A stretch of DNA of 64,000 nt from sequence record PP174317.1. One strand, 5' to 3'. The notes beneath the pieces were generated by a model, which was not told the origin of the DNA, made no database searches, and saw only the letters and a program-made list of their open reading frames with translations. This stretch comes from Acinetobacter phage vB_AbaSt_W16. A program made the position numbers and the translations under genes. Shown one piece after another: positions 1 to 9,856 of this stretch. Position 1 is the first letter of the stretch. Each line of letters opens with the position of its first letter.

Positions 1-245
1 ATACATTCAATGTGTCGACTTAACATGTTGTCAATCATAAACTTTGAATAGTCCATATGCATTACAGACATTTCACGTTTATTTTGATTGATATTATTTA
101 AGATTTTAAACAAATCGGCTTCTGGCTTTTCTTTAAATTCGTCAGCAAGTTTTTTAACTGCATCCCAATCTTTATTCATCCAAGCAACTTCATGAGGATT
201 AAGTTGAACTTCATCCTCATCAAATAAACAAATCATACTCATTTT
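1..245 (-). CDS. 62: clamp loader small subunit gp62 (partial, continues beyond window start)
   Basis: Minus-strand translation MSMICLFDEDEVQLNPHEVAWMNKDWDAVKKLADEFKEK... resembles T4 gp62 N-terminus; lies downstream of gp44 as in T4. Confidence 0.75.
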
Positions 246-295
246 ATCACTCCAATTATACACCGGTCATTATAACATATATGACCGGCAAAGCA

Positions 296-1255
296 TTAGT
301 TAAATTGCATTTCTTTAAGTAATTGGATAAACATATACACCAGGTGAATTTCCAAATTTGCACAAAGCCCTTTCATTTGATTATTTTCACCAATGATTTC
401 ATACATTCGTAAAATTGAAACTTTGTTGACACGAGTATATAATTCGTTTGCCAATTTTTCAATAAAATTTGAATAATCCGGTGCATATTTTGCAGCCAAT
501 GCTCTAAGTTGTGCAAAGTCTTTGTTTTGAATTGCTGTAAGAACATCATCAATAGACCCACGAGTTTCCATAACAATAGACAGGATACCCGCATCAATTT
601 TGCCATTGGTTGAGTAATGATCTAATGCAACAATTGTTGACCGGAAGTCAGGGAAGTTCTTTTTAACTAATGCAGCTAATACTTTAGGCTCTTCAACAAC
701 AATACCTTCGTTTTTACAAATTTCCATTGAACGTTGAATCATTTCACGCATCATTTGAACCGAATCTTCTGCAGTCGGTTGACCAAATTTAATAACGCGC
801 GAACGTGAACGAATAGCTTCAAGAATACCATCAAGATTATTTGCTGTAATAATCAATGAACATGATTTGCCATATGATTCCATAAATGAACGCAAGTAAC
901 GTTGTGCCTCGCCAAGTTGTGCACGGTCAAACTCATCAAGAATAATAACTTTTTGTTTACCTTCTAATGATTTTGATGTTGCAAAACGAGTTAATTCATT
1001 TTTAATGAAATCAATACCAACACCAGATCCGTTCACAAACATATATTCAGCATCGACATCATTACATAATGCATTTGCAACTGTAGTTTTACCGGTACCG
1101 GGAGAATTTGATTGTAATACTAAATGAGGTAAACGTTTTTTCTTAACTAGACCACGAAAAATTTCTTTATCCGCGGCTGGTAAAATACACTCTTCAATTG
1201 AACCTGGACGATATTTAAGTTCAAACATGTGCTCGCGTTCATTAACTGTTAACAT
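296..1255 (-). CDS. 44: clamp loader large subunit gp44 (AAA+ ATPase)
   Basis: 319 aa; Walker A SPGTGKTT; high similarity along the whole length to T4 gp44 as recalled. Confidence 0.95.
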   Translation of the reverse strand: MLTVNEREHMFELKYRPGSIEECILPAADKEIFRGLVKKKRLPHLVLQSNSPGTGKTTVANALCNDVDAEYMFVNGSGVGIDFIKNELTRFATSKSLEGKQKVIILDEFDRAQLGEAQRYLRSFMESYGKSCSLIITANNLDGILEAIRSRSRVIKFGQPTAEDSVQMMREMIQRSMEICKNEGIVVEEPKVLAALVKKNFPDFRSTIVALDHYSTNGKIDAGILSIVMETRGSIDDVLTAIQNKDFAQLRALAAKYAPDYSNFIEKLANELYTRVNKVSILRMYEIIGENNQMKGLCANLEIHLVYMFIQLLKEMQFN

Positions 1256-1276
1256 ACTATTTTACTCCGATCAGGT

Positions 1277-1292
1277 GAGGCCCGAAGGCCTC
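1277..1292 (-). other. GC-rich hairpin (GAGGCC-CGAA-GGCCTC) between genes 45 and 44; no U-run
   Basis: Perfect 6-bp stem with a tetraloop in an AT-rich intergenic region. Confidence 0.5.
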
Positions 1293-1297
1293 AATTA

Positions 1298-1987
1298 TTA
1301 AAAGTTGTGTGATGATTCATCTTCAACTGCGATTACATAATTTGCAGCAGTACCTTCAAAACGGGCTGCAAATAAATGATCTTTTGCCCATAATTGAACT
1401 TTATAAGTATCAGACTGTAATTTTAAATTTGTTAAATTAATCACAAAATTAAAATCACATGAACCATCATAGTCCGAAACTTCAAAAGTTGAAAGTGGTT
1501 TTTCAAGATTTGGATCAATTGTTTTGTTGAATGCATTAATAACGACCAATCCAGACTTATTTGTAATCGCTACTGTATCAGCACCAAGACCACGTGCAAT
1601 TTTCATAACCTGATTATATTCTTCGGCAGGTAACTCAAATTCAACTTCAGCTGGCGGGAATTGAATTGGTTTTTTAGGATACACAATTGCCGATGGGTCA
1701 CACGATGGCCAAATAATTTCAGAACGTTTACCTTTAATAATAATATCTGCACCTTTAACAGACACTTCCGAATCTTCACCAGATAAAGATAAAATACTTA
1801 AAAATGCATTTAAATCATAAATAGCAACATCAAAATCAATAGTGTCTTCAGGCTGAAGATTTACTTCACCGTATGTTGCACCATTTGCGGCACGAGTCAT
1901 AATAAATGTGCCAGCTGTTAAGTTAATGCCAGTATTAATAGTTGCAAAGTTTTTAAGAGTTGCGATTAGACCTTTAGAAAATTTCAT
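1298..1987 (-). CDS. 45: sliding clamp gp45
   Basis: 229 aa; collinear similarity to T4 gp45 (MKLSKDT...). Confidence 0.95.
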   Translation of the reverse strand: MKFSKGLIATLKNFATINTGINLTAGTFIMTRAANGATYGEVNLQPEDTIDFDVAIYDLNAFLSILSLSGEDSEVSVKGADIIIKGKRSEIIWPSCDPSAIVYPKKPIQFPPAEVEFELPAEEYNQVMKIARGLGADTVAITNKSGLVVINAFNKTIDPNLEKPLSTFEVSDYDGSCDFNFVINLTNLKLQSDTYKVQLWAKDHLFAARFEGTAANYVIAVEDESSHNF

Positions 1988-2018
1988 TCATTACACCTTT
2001 CAAATCAATTAAGTTAAA

Positions 2019-2405
2019 TTATTTTACATCACGTTGCGCGAAACGCGTAATAAACATTTGGGCAGCTTGAATTAATAATTCATCTGGATTTTTACAGAAT
2101 TCATCTGATAAACGTTTAAAACCGCCGACACGAATTTCTTTAGCACCAGCCGCTTCAGCTTCTTTATTTGCATTTGCTAAAAGTTCAACCCAAATTTCAT
2201 TAGTCTCCTGGTCAAATGATTTATATAATTGTCGTTTTACATCACCAGGAAAATGTGCAAATTTGGCTTTTACTTCATCCGGCATTTGCAATGACCATGC
2301 TTTTCGAATACGATTATCAGCAGATTGACCTACGGCGTCATTCGTTGTATTTGCTGCGGTACGTTTAGGTTGCAAGTCATTTACCGTAATTTCTTTAAAG
2401 ATCAT
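2019..2405 (-). CDS. rpbA: RNA polymerase binding protein RpbA-like (start assigned to the internal ATG at 2405, which has an AAGGTAA RBS)
   Basis: Same position as T4 rpbA between 45 and 46; the 129-aa product from the internal start matches T4 RpbA length. The tracked ORF extends to 2489. Confidence 0.5.
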   Translation of the reverse strand: MIFKEITVNDLQPKRTAANTTNDAVGQSADNRIRKAWSLQMPDEVKAKFAHFPGDVKRQLYKSFDQETNEIWVELLANANKEAEAAGAKEIRVGGFKRLSDEFCKNPDELLIQAAQMFITRFAQRDVK

Positions 2406-2436
2406 AATAAGATTACCTTGTTTCGTTACATCTATT

Positions 2437-2661
2437 TTAATATAAAATTTGTGAAGCATTTGAAGTTGTTTGGTCGTTAAAATTTTCAATCAACGACCAT
2501 GCTTTACTACGACCCGATTTAATTTTCATTAATTCAGATTCATCCGTAAAAGCTTGTTCAAGCATTGCGTCCGTAACTAAACGCTCTTCACCTGTGAATA
2601 AGTTAATTAGTGTCCATGTTTTAAATTCAGGATATGTTTCTAAATCACTGAATACACTCAT
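2437..2661 (-). CDS. hypothetical protein (45.1-like position)
   Basis: 74-aa ORF in the early operon; no recognised motif. Confidence 0.35.
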   Translation of the reverse strand: MSVFSDLETYPEFKTWTLINLFTGEERLVTDAMLEQAFTDESELMKIKSGRSKAWSLIENFNDQTTSNASQILY

Positions 2662-2673
2662 TATACACCTCTC

Positions 2674-2886
2674 TTACATTAAGCGAATTAAATTTAAGTC
2701 CCGAATATATTCATATGGAGATTGATCATCAGGATGACATTCTATAAAAAGTTCCCAGTGCTGACGAACTTTATGCATCCACTTATCGTAATCACCTAAA
2801 TTACGATCATTAAAATCTGCAATTGCCCCATCTAGACAGTATAACAGATCATCTAAGACTTCTTTACATTCTGGTGTTAAACTCAT
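2674..2886 (-). CDS. hypothetical small protein (gp45.2-like position)
   Basis: 70 aa; placed as T4 45.2 immediately upstream of gene 46 in transcription order. Confidence 0.4.
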   Translation of the reverse strand: MSLTPECKEVLDDLLYCLDGAIADFNDRNLGDYDKWMHKVRQHWELFIECHPDDQSPYEYIRDLNLIRLM

Positions 2887-2887
2887 T

Positions 2888-4585
2888 TTATGACTCCATT
2901 ACAGTAAATCGACCAACTTTTTTCATTTGCAAATGTTGGCCATAATCTTGAGGATTGTGGTCTCGATGTGAAATAATAAAAATATTTGCATCCGGCATAT
3001 TATTCAATACCGTTGTAATATTTTTTGAACCTTGTGCATCAAGGCATGAATCAAATACTTCATCCAAGAATAAACATGAAATTTTAATGCCTGAAATCTT
3101 TTCGGCAATATCTCTCCATGTAAACATTAAAGCTAAGTCAATACGCCCTTTTTCGCCCTGTGAGAATGAGGCATACGAAAAGTCTTCTCGACCTCGTGAA
3201 CGTATAGTTTCACTAAACTCTGAATTTAGCGTAAATGAATAATCGGCTTCTAACAATGAAAGATAATAGTTGATTTGTTTATTAAACAAAGGTAGATATT
3301 TTTCAATAATAGAACCTTTTACGCCGCTATCTTTTAACATTTCAACTATTAAAGATCGACGGTGTTTTTCAACCACTAAATTAGACTTAGTTTCAACAAA
3401 TTGAGTATATTCACCTTTAAGACGATCAATACTATCTTTATTGCTAACAAATTCCTTTTTAGCTTCATCTAAAGCTGCATTAATTTTTTTAATACGATCA
3501 ACATGCTGAATGGCCAATTGTCTATTAGTCGCAATTTTATTTTCATATTGACGAATTTCTTCTTTAGCATTTAAATATGCAACTTTACGATTATGCACTT
3601 CAGTATGAACTTTTTTAAGACGTTCAAGTTCCGCATGCAATGACTCTTTAGAGTCTTCAATTTTACTAACTAAAGAAGCATCAGAAAGTTGTTGTAAACA
3701 TGTTGGACAAGCACCACCTTTTTGATAAAGTGATAAAACTCTAACAGTTTGATTAAACTCACCCTCAATCTGCACCACGGCTCGATGTGAGTTATGACTT
3801 TCTTCTGACGGGTCTTCGCCAGCATTTACAGAAAGAATTTTATCATTTAAAGACTGATTTTCAGCTTTGATCTTTTCAATTTCTGTCATTGCATCAGATT
3901 TCATCGTCTCTAGGCGAGTTAAGTTGTCACCAGACAGCTTTTTCTGACGATCATCTGCTTCCTGAAGAGTTTTAATTTGTGTATTGATATGACCAAGTTG
4001 AAGCTCGATTTTTGACAATTCCGCATTGATTACTTTGATAGCATCTTTGTTCATCTTATCCATATCTGCTAGAACTGATACTTCCAATAAGTCTTCAACA
4101 AGTTTACGGCGTTCTGCAGCTTTTAATCCCATAAATGGTGTATAACCGGCTGTACCTAAAACTACAACTTGTTTGTATGAGACATAATTCATGCCGATCA
4201 TTTCTTCAAATTCAGTTTGGAAATCTTTGACCGATGCTGCTGCATCAAGAGGTAGACCATCTTTTAACACTTCAAATACAGTCGGTTTTTGACCACGGCG
4301 AACAAGATACTCATGGTTATCATATTCCATAATTAATTCTACTAACATATTCTTTTTATTAATAGAATTAATTAATTGCCCCTTTTTAACATCTCGGAAA
4401 GGTCTCCCAAATAAAGCAAAGGTAATAGCTTCAAGCATAGTCGACTTGCCGCCGCCATTACGTCCTGTGATAAGCGTCTTATGGCAAGCATCAAGTTTAA
4501 TTTCAATTGGGTCGTTTCCAACCGACATAATATTTTGATACTTGATATTTTTCAACTTAAAAATTTTCATTTCACAATATCCCAA
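2888..4585 (-). CDS. 46: recombination endonuclease subunit gp46 (Rad50/SbcC-like ATPase)
   Basis: 565 aa; N-terminal Walker A GRNGGGKST; long coiled-coil; C-terminal signature/Walker B; T4 gp46 position. Confidence 0.9.
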   Translation of the reverse strand: MGYCEMKIFKLKNIKYQNIMSVGNDPIEIKLDACHKTLITGRNGGGKSTMLEAITFALFGRPFRDVKKGQLINSINKKNMLVELIMEYDNHEYLVRRGQKPTVFEVLKDGLPLDAAASVKDFQTEFEEMIGMNYVSYKQVVVLGTAGYTPFMGLKAAERRKLVEDLLEVSVLADMDKMNKDAIKVINAELSKIELQLGHINTQIKTLQEADDRQKKLSGDNLTRLETMKSDAMTEIEKIKAENQSLNDKILSVNAGEDPSEESHNSHRAVVQIEGEFNQTVRVLSLYQKGGACPTCLQQLSDASLVSKIEDSKESLHAELERLKKVHTEVHNRKVAYLNAKEEIRQYENKIATNRQLAIQHVDRIKKINAALDEAKKEFVSNKDSIDRLKGEYTQFVETKSNLVVEKHRRSLIVEMLKDSGVKGSIIEKYLPLFNKQINYYLSLLEADYSFTLNSEFSETIRSRGREDFSYASFSQGEKGRIDLALMFTWRDIAEKISGIKISCLFLDEVFDSCLDAQGSKNITTVLNNMPDANIFIISHRDHNPQDYGQHLQMKKVGRFTVMES

Positions 4586-5121
4586 TCTACATTGTAATAA
4601 CCGTACTCTTGATAGTGGTACTCTCGCTTTTTCATTATCTCACGAATTTCAAAAAGCGAAATTGGTTTAAACCCAATATTTTCTAAAGATGTATTAAAGT
4701 AATTGCTATCTTTAATATTTTGGTTATGCACATGTCCGTGGATATTAAACTTTCCACGCAATTCGGCCGGATGCATCGGGGCATGAGAAAGCCAAAACTC
4801 TTTATACTTCTTCAAAGCATATACGCTATCAAAAGTTTCGCAAAGTTCTTTCATAGACAATCTATCTGTATCATGATTGCCACAAATAAGAATTTTTTGA
4901 CCAGGCCACTTAGCCACTTGACGGGCACGTTCTAGTGTAAAGACGGCATCTCCGGTAAAGTAACACGCATCTCGTTTAGTTACGCGTTTATGATATTCAG
5001 ATTCAACATGTTCAAAATGGTCTTGTTCATCCCGAAATTGAGTGCGATATTTTGCGATAGCATTATGACCAGCGTGCAGATCGCCTAAAAATAATACATT
5101 AGCCAAAGATTTTACCTCCAA
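4567..5121 (-). CDS. calcineurin-like metallophosphoesterase
   Basis: Motifs GDLHAGH, GDAVF, GNHD. No ATG at the conserved N-terminus; the ORF begins with TTG at 5121. Confidence 0.65.
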   Translation of the reverse strand: MEVKSLANVLFLGDLHAGHNAIAKYRTQFRDEQDHFEHVESEYHKRVTKRDACYFTGDAVFTLERARQVAKWPGQKILICGNHDTDRLSMKELCETFDSVYALKKYKEFWLSHAPMHPAELRGKFNIHGHVHNQNIKDSNYFNTSLENIGFKPISLFEIREIMKKREYHYQEYGYYNVDWDIVK

Positions 5122-5192
5122 TAAAAAAGCCCAAAGCTAAACTAGCTAACGGCAATAAAGCCGTTAGCCAAAAGTCTATAGGTGGAAACTTC

Positions 5193-5450
5193 TTACCACT
5201 CATGAGGATGAACTTCCACATAATTATTATCTTCCATCGCAGCTTCAATAGAGGCTTCAACTTGGTGTGGTTTAAGGTATGCAATTCGGCCAGTGCTTGG
5301 GCATGTGATTTTTAAATCACCAACTTTCCCATATTTCATACGAACTGTATATTCAATAATAAATCGAGCAGGATATTCATCCGCTAATTTAAACATTACA
5401 TGTTTAGACTTAGGCTTTTCTTTGATCAAGATAATATTTTTTAAATTCAT
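5193..5450 (-). CDS. hypothetical protein
   Basis: 85-aa ORF between the phosphoesterase and gene 47; its start overlaps the gp47 stop. Confidence 0.4.
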   Translation of the reverse strand: MNLKNIILIKEKPKSKHVMFKLADEYPARFIIEYTVRMKYGKVGDLKITCPSTGRIAYLKPHQVEASIEAAMEDNNYVEVHPHEW

Positions 5451-6466
5451 CGCGTTGCTTCCAAATATAAGTTGGTGGTCATAGTTTTAACTTCATTAAC
5501 ATCTTCTGGTGTTAAATCGGGCAAGGCATCAATATAATCACCAATAATATCAATTAAAGGTTTAACTTCTTCTGTCGTACTAGTATCAATATCTAAAACT
5601 GCATCGGTATCAATACGTGAAACTAGCTTAACTTCATGTGCAACAGCTTCTAAATCAGTTTCAAGTTTTGCTAAATTATCATCAACTTTAGTAATGAATA
5701 CCCGCACAGATAAATTACGATACATTTCAGGGTTAATTGAACATGGATATGTAATCTTACGATGCCACATTGTATTATTTGCAATAAAAGTATTTTCATG
5801 TGTTTCGGTATCAAAAATCCAAAACCCTCGCACATCATTTTCATCGCCTGCTGTTAAAGTCCAAGGTGTTCCAATAAATCTAATATTTTTACCTTCAGAT
5901 TGTGTATGAAAATGACCAGATTCAACAAGTTTATATTTGGCTAAAAAATCAGGTTCAATACCATGCGATTTAAGACCTTTATAAAATAAGAATCCATTAA
6001 GTTCATAGTGACCAATATTGTATAAAGACTTTGAATTTGCAATAAACGTCATAATCTCATCTTTATTTTCATCACAAATCCAGGGTACCAGATCTATTGC
6101 AACACCATCATATTCAACAGTTGTTGCTTTATTATACACTGTAAAGTTTGAAAATTGTGATAATAATTCATCACAGGCATTCGGCGTTAATTTGTTCTTA
6201 AAGGTTGCATCGTGGTTACCAACAATAACATCAACATGAATTCCAGCATTTCGAATTTCTTCACAAATTAAGCGGTTAAATTCCATAGTTTTATGAGTAA
6301 TTGCTTTACGTACGTCAAACCAATCGCCAGCCTGGATCCACTTTTTAATATTAAATTTCTTTGAAATTTCAATTGCTTGTCGGATACCTTGCAATTGTAT
6401 ATTTTGCACCCAAGGGTCATCTTGTTTTACACCAATGTGTAAATCACCCAATTTCAGAATTTTCAT
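5447..6466 (-). CDS. 47: recombination endonuclease subunit gp47 (Mre11/SbcD-like nuclease)
   Basis: 339 aa; phosphoesterase motifs GDLH, GDWFD, GNHD, GHFH; T4 gene order. Confidence 0.9.
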   Translation of the reverse strand: MKILKLGDLHIGVKQDDPWVQNIQLQGIRQAIEISKKFNIKKWIQAGDWFDVRKAITHKTMEFNRLICEEIRNAGIHVDVIVGNHDATFKNKLTPNACDELLSQFSNFTVYNKATTVEYDGVAIDLVPWICDENKDEIMTFIANSKSLYNIGHYELNGFLFYKGLKSHGIEPDFLAKYKLVESGHFHTQSEGKNIRFIGTPWTLTAGDENDVRGFWIFDTETHENTFIANNTMWHRKITYPCSINPEMYRNLSVRVFITKVDDNLAKLETDLEAVAHEVKLVSRIDTDAVLDIDTSTTEEVKPLIDIIGDYIDALPDLTPEDVNEVKTMTTNLYLEATR

Positions 6467-6507
6467 GTCAAGACCTCGATTAAAGATAATACAATTATAT
6501 CACTTAA

Positions 6508-6546
6508 AATAAAAAGGCAAATAAAAAGGACCCTTAATGGGTCCTT
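6508..6546 (-). terminator. rho-independent terminator (AAGGACCC-TTAA-GGGTCCTT followed by a U-run on the minus strand)
   Basis: 8-bp GC-rich stem followed by TTTATTTGCCTTTTT on the minus strand, downstream of ORF 6554..6928. Confidence 0.7.
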
Positions 6547-6553
6547 AAATTTA

Positions 6554-6928
6554 TCATTGTTGTTTTTGTGCAATTTTTACAATATTAAACAATGTTTGTC
6601 GACTATCATCATACATGACAATTAGTTCAGTTCTGCTTGCTTTTGGACGACGATAAAATTCACGCAACTTATTAATTGCATATCCATAACCTTCAAAGTT
6701 ATCGGTTAATAGACATTTTTGTGCATGATTTTTTAATCGTTCAATTTCGCGCTTATTTTTACGTAAACTTTTTTCTGCTTGCTGACCCGCTTCACGTTCG
6801 ATACGTCGTTGAATTTCATCGGTATCAAATTTATTTTCTAATAAGTCATCAATAGATAACGTTTCATCTTCATCAGTCTCTCGGCCTTCTGCTTCAATTA
6901 ATTGTTGCTCAATATTGATGGCTTGCAT
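6554..6928 (-). CDS. hypothetical acidic protein (47.1-like position)
   Basis: 124 aa, charged/coiled; no known motif. Confidence 0.45.
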   Translation of the reverse strand: MQAINIEQQLIEAEGRETDEDETLSIDDLLENKFDTDEIQRRIEREAGQQAEKSLRKNKREIERLKNHAQKCLLTDNFEGYGYAINKLREFYRRPKASRTELIVMYDDSRQTLFNIVKIAQKQQ

Positions 6929-7067
6929 AATTTATTCCTTAACAGTTAAAGATAATCCTGAATCATGAACATTAAAAGAGTAGTCCCAGTCAGGATTGAA
7001 TTCAAAAAGTATATTAATATCATCTTTTGCGCACGAGTCGCAATCTTCATTTAATAAATGAGTTATA

Positions 7068-7613
7068 TCAAGTGTCCGTTCTGCCATAAAGAAATTCTAG
7101 AACATTCACATCCTCATCTGCTTCCGTATCTTTAGGTTTTGCTTTTGCGGATGCTTCGTATTGTGTCATTTTATCGTAAATGTCCTGGATAAAATTTTCA
7201 TCTGCAATAGATGTCATTTCAGGATCACGAGAATCATACACGTTATGGATGAAATAACTATATTTTACAGCCGTTTGTTTTCGTTCTTTTTTAATACGTT
7301 GAACGAAGGCATTAAAACAAACCATTGTAATATATGCATGTGGATTACTAAAACGATTGGTATCAAAATTAATTAAGCCTTTAATTGCAGCTTCGATGCC
7401 GTCACCAATCATTTCCTCCTTCCACGCAGGAGTATATCCGGAAAACTTAAAATACTTTGATAAACCGTGTGAAATTAATAGTATAGCCCGACCAATTTCA
7501 TCACTCTGTTTTACAACTTCACCAGCTTCTTCGCATTTCGCTTTCCACGTACAAATAGCTTCATAAAGTTTCTTGTTGTCGACATAATCATTGCGACCTT
7601 CTGATTTAGACAT
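7068..7613 (-). CDS. 55: late transcription sigma factor gp55
   Basis: 181 aa; strong similarity to T4 gp55 (NPHAYITxxCFNAFVQRIKKERK, YSYFxHNVYDSRD). Confidence 0.92.
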   Translation of the reverse strand: MSKSEGRNDYVDNKKLYEAICTWKAKCEEAGEVVKQSDEIGRAILLISHGLSKYFKFSGYTPAWKEEMIGDGIEAAIKGLINFDTNRFSNPHAYITMVCFNAFVQRIKKERKQTAVKYSYFIHNVYDSRDPEMTSIADENFIQDIYDKMTQYEASAKAKPKDTEADEDVNVLEFLYGRTDT

Positions 7614-7671
7614 AATATCAATCTCCTTAAAGTATATTATACTTTACATTTCAAATGAAGCATAAAAATAT

Positions 7672-8034
7672 TTATTGGATATAATCTGTTGCACATAAAA
7701 TATCTCGTAATTGTCTATACGCTTTAAGATAATCTTCTTGGTCAAGAGGACCCCACGATGGATCTCCATCCGGCTTAGATGATACTCTCATACTTTCAAT
7801 ATCGATTATATTATTACAAATATCAATGCTAGCTTGAAAAATACATTCACCAGACGGGGCATGTAACCATAAACAACGATTTCCAGGTTTACCAACTAAA
7901 GTAACTGAACCCAATTTGTATTGTTCAGTTACTGTTTTCTTAAAAATCCAAAACCCTTTTGTGGTCAAACGAGTACCGTATAGACCATATGAGCCATTTG
8001 GCTTGTGTGACAATTTATCTGTATAAACTTTCAT
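7672..8034 (-). CDS. hypothetical protein (start revised to the ATG at 8034, which has a GGAGAA RBS)
   Basis: The tracked ORF extends to 8118, but that extension overlaps the upstream terminator and the preceding gene's 3' end. A TGGTATAAT extended -10 sits just upstream of 8034. Confidence 0.5.
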   Translation of the reverse strand: MKVYTDKLSHKPNGSYGLYGTRLTTKGFWIFKKTVTEQYKLGSVTLVGKPGNRCLWLHAPSGECIFQASIDICNNIIDIESMRVSSKPDGDPSWGPLDQEDYLKAYRQLRDILCATDYIQ

Positions 8035-8077
8035 ATCATTCTCCGCATATAATTTCTTATTATACCACGAATAAATT

Positions 8078-8108
8078 TTATGCAAATAAAAAGGGCCATA
8101 TGGCCCTT
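8078..8108 (-). terminator. rho-independent terminator (AAGGGCC-ATAT-GGCCCTT followed by a U-run on the minus strand)
   Basis: Stem-loop followed by TTTTTATTTGC on the minus strand after the glutaredoxin-like gene. Confidence 0.7.
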
Positions 8109-8371
8109 TAATAATCAATTAAATCTTTAAATTCAGAAAATGTCACATAATTATTATCAATAAAAATATATGGCAATTTTAATATTCCAACTTCTATACG
8201 TTGTTTTAATTCATGAAGAATATCATCGTCTTTAGCGGGAACTCCATCTTTCATTACAATAATTCTATTAAACTTATATTTGTGACCAGCTTCTTCGCAC
8301 ATCTTTTTAACTTGTTCACATCCTGCACATCTATAATTCGGTTCATCAATTCCATATATTTCAATTTTCAT
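8108..8371 (-). CDS. glutaredoxin/thioredoxin-like small redox protein
   Basis: 87 aa; N-terminal CAGC (CxxC) within a GxDxxxxxC context typical of NrdC/NrdH-like redoxins. Confidence 0.6.
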   Translation of the reverse strand: MKIEIYGIDEPNYRCAGCEQVKKMCEEAGHKYKFNRIIVMKDGVPAKDDDILHELKQRIEVGILKLPYIFIDNNYVTFSEFKDLIDY

Positions 8372-8853
8372 TTAACTGTACCTTTAAGATAATTACGTAA
8401 TGCCTTTTTATATAATGAACATAATTGGGCCTTTGTTGCTTTAGCTGGAATAACCGCATTAATTGATTCAAGTTCAGCAATCATTTCCGGCTTATTCAAA
8501 TACTTAAATGCTTTAGCTTTATCATTAACATATACCGGATGTATATTGGCATTTGATAAATCTCTAAATTGATACGATATCCAATTTGTCACCCAGGTAT
8601 TTAAATCTGCACCTTTAGCTACTAAACCACTTGAATTAAACTTGTGCAATAATTGACCATCTAATCCATTACATAAACAGCACAGCAAGCCACGTACTTT
8701 ACCTGCATTTGGCCCTTCCAGTGAGTGATCATGATCTAAATGATTAGATGTGACATCAGGATTTAGTTCATTACCACAAATGCAGCAAATACCATTTTGT
8801 TCTTTATATAAACGATGTTTCTCTTCAATAAACTTTTTACCCACTAACAACAT
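8368..8853 (-). CDS. 49: endonuclease VII (Holliday junction resolvase) gp49
   Basis: 161 aa; MLLxGK..EEK..Y..QNG.C.IC..ELNPDV..NHLDHDH...GP.AGKVRGLLC.LCN matches T4 gp49. Confidence 0.92.
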   Translation of the reverse strand: MLLVGKKFIEEKHRLYKEQNGICCICGNELNPDVTSNHLDHDHSLEGPNAGKVRGLLCCLCNGLDGQLLHKFNSSGLVAKGADLNTWVTNWISYQFRDLSNANIHPVYVNDKAKAFKYLNKPEMIAELESINAVIPAKATKAQLCSLYKKALRNYLKGTVK

Positions 8854-8893
8854 ACAAAAATACCCATATCAACTGATATGGGTATTTATTAAT

Positions 8894-9166
8894 TTATTGC
8901 TGCGGGATTATACGATATGAATCATCGGCATCTAATAGACACCAATAATCTTTTAACGCATCTACTGTTGAAATATCAATAACTTCACCAGTTTCAGTAT
9001 TTTCTAATTTATCAATACCCCATATATCATCAATTAAAATCGCAATACTTTTAATTGTGTAAGGTACACCAGGTTTTAATTCAGGAAAATATTGTGAAAT
9101 TAAAACATTGTGTTCAAAATACTGTTTATTAATGAGAACTATATCACCAATTTTAGGTTTTGCCAT
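8894..9166 (-). CDS. hypothetical protein
   Basis: 90-aa ORF; compact operon spacing. Confidence 0.4.
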   Translation of the reverse strand: MAKPKIGDIVLINKQYFEHNVLISQYFPELKPGVPYTIKSIAILIDDIWGIDKLENTETGEVIDISTVDALKDYWCLLDADDSYRIIPQQ

Positions 9167-9169
9167 TTA

Positions 9170-9484
9170 TTACTCCTTACGAATAATGAAATTTTCCGGC
9201 GTATGTTCAGTAAAGAAGGCCCAGAAATCAGGATCATCTGCTTCAATGCGGATAACCTCACCACTTTCAACATGTTTAATTGCAGTGCAACCTAGTGTTT
9301 CATCAAGCAGTTCAGTGTGTTCATCTTCAGCTAAACAGTCGCGAATATCTACAACTTCAAAAAGACCTAAACCAATAATAGGATTTTCTTTTTGAAGTCG
9401 ACGAATTTCAGATAACCCCAATTCAGTGAATACAAAACGAGTGCCGATTTCGAATTTTACATTGTTTAAGTATGAAGTAGTCAT
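9170..9484 (-). CDS. hypothetical protein
   Basis: 104-aa ORF. Confidence 0.4.
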   Translation of the reverse strand: MTTSYLNNVKFEIGTRFVFTELGLSEIRRLQKENPIIGLGLFEVVDIRDCLAEDEHTELLDETLGCTAIKHVESGEVIRIEADDPDFWAFFTEHTPENFIIRKE

Positions 9485-9517
9485 GTCATGATCCTAATTT
9501 ATTCAATTAATTTAAAA

Positions 9518-9796
9518 TTACTTACGAGCAATATGAGCACGAAGTTCATTGAATCCGCCGATATGTTCACCATCGACAAATACAACAGGAAGACTTAATC
9601 CAGCTGGACTAGTACGACCTAATTTTGCTAACATACCATGAAATTGTGCATTAAAAACTGGACCATGTTCATTTACTGAATCTGCAATTGAAATAAATTC
9701 AAATTCTTTTTTCTTTGCTGTGCAAAGACGCTTAGCGCTGTCGCAATTAATACACTTTTGAATTTCAGGTAGATACCCATAAATTTGATACATCAT
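9518..9796 (-). CDS. nrdC: thioredoxin NrdC-like
   Basis: 92 aa; YGY...KCINCDSAKRL...FEF..I resembles T4 NrdC (CVYC redox site replaced by CINC). Confidence 0.75.
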   Translation of the reverse strand: MMYQIYGYLPEIQKCINCDSAKRLCTAKKKEFEFISIADSVNEHGPVFNAQFHGMLAKLGRTSPAGLSLPVVFVDGEHIGGFNELRAHIARK

Positions 9797-9856
9797 TATG
9801 TTCCATTGTTAAGTTGATGTAAACTATATTATCATAATTTACATCAAAGCAAATAA

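Noticed and set aside
2955-3242. Plus-strand 95-aa ORF inside gene 46
   Set aside because: Lies entirely within, and antisense to, the well-supported gp46 coding sequence, and has no RBS. The same applies to the antisense ORFs at 4720-4935, 5694-5909, 6018-6239, 7161-7566, 9108-9395, 14717-15025, 33834-34043, 34250-34742, 41959-42273, 45189-45644, 47207-47524, 53399-53620 and 59973-60398.
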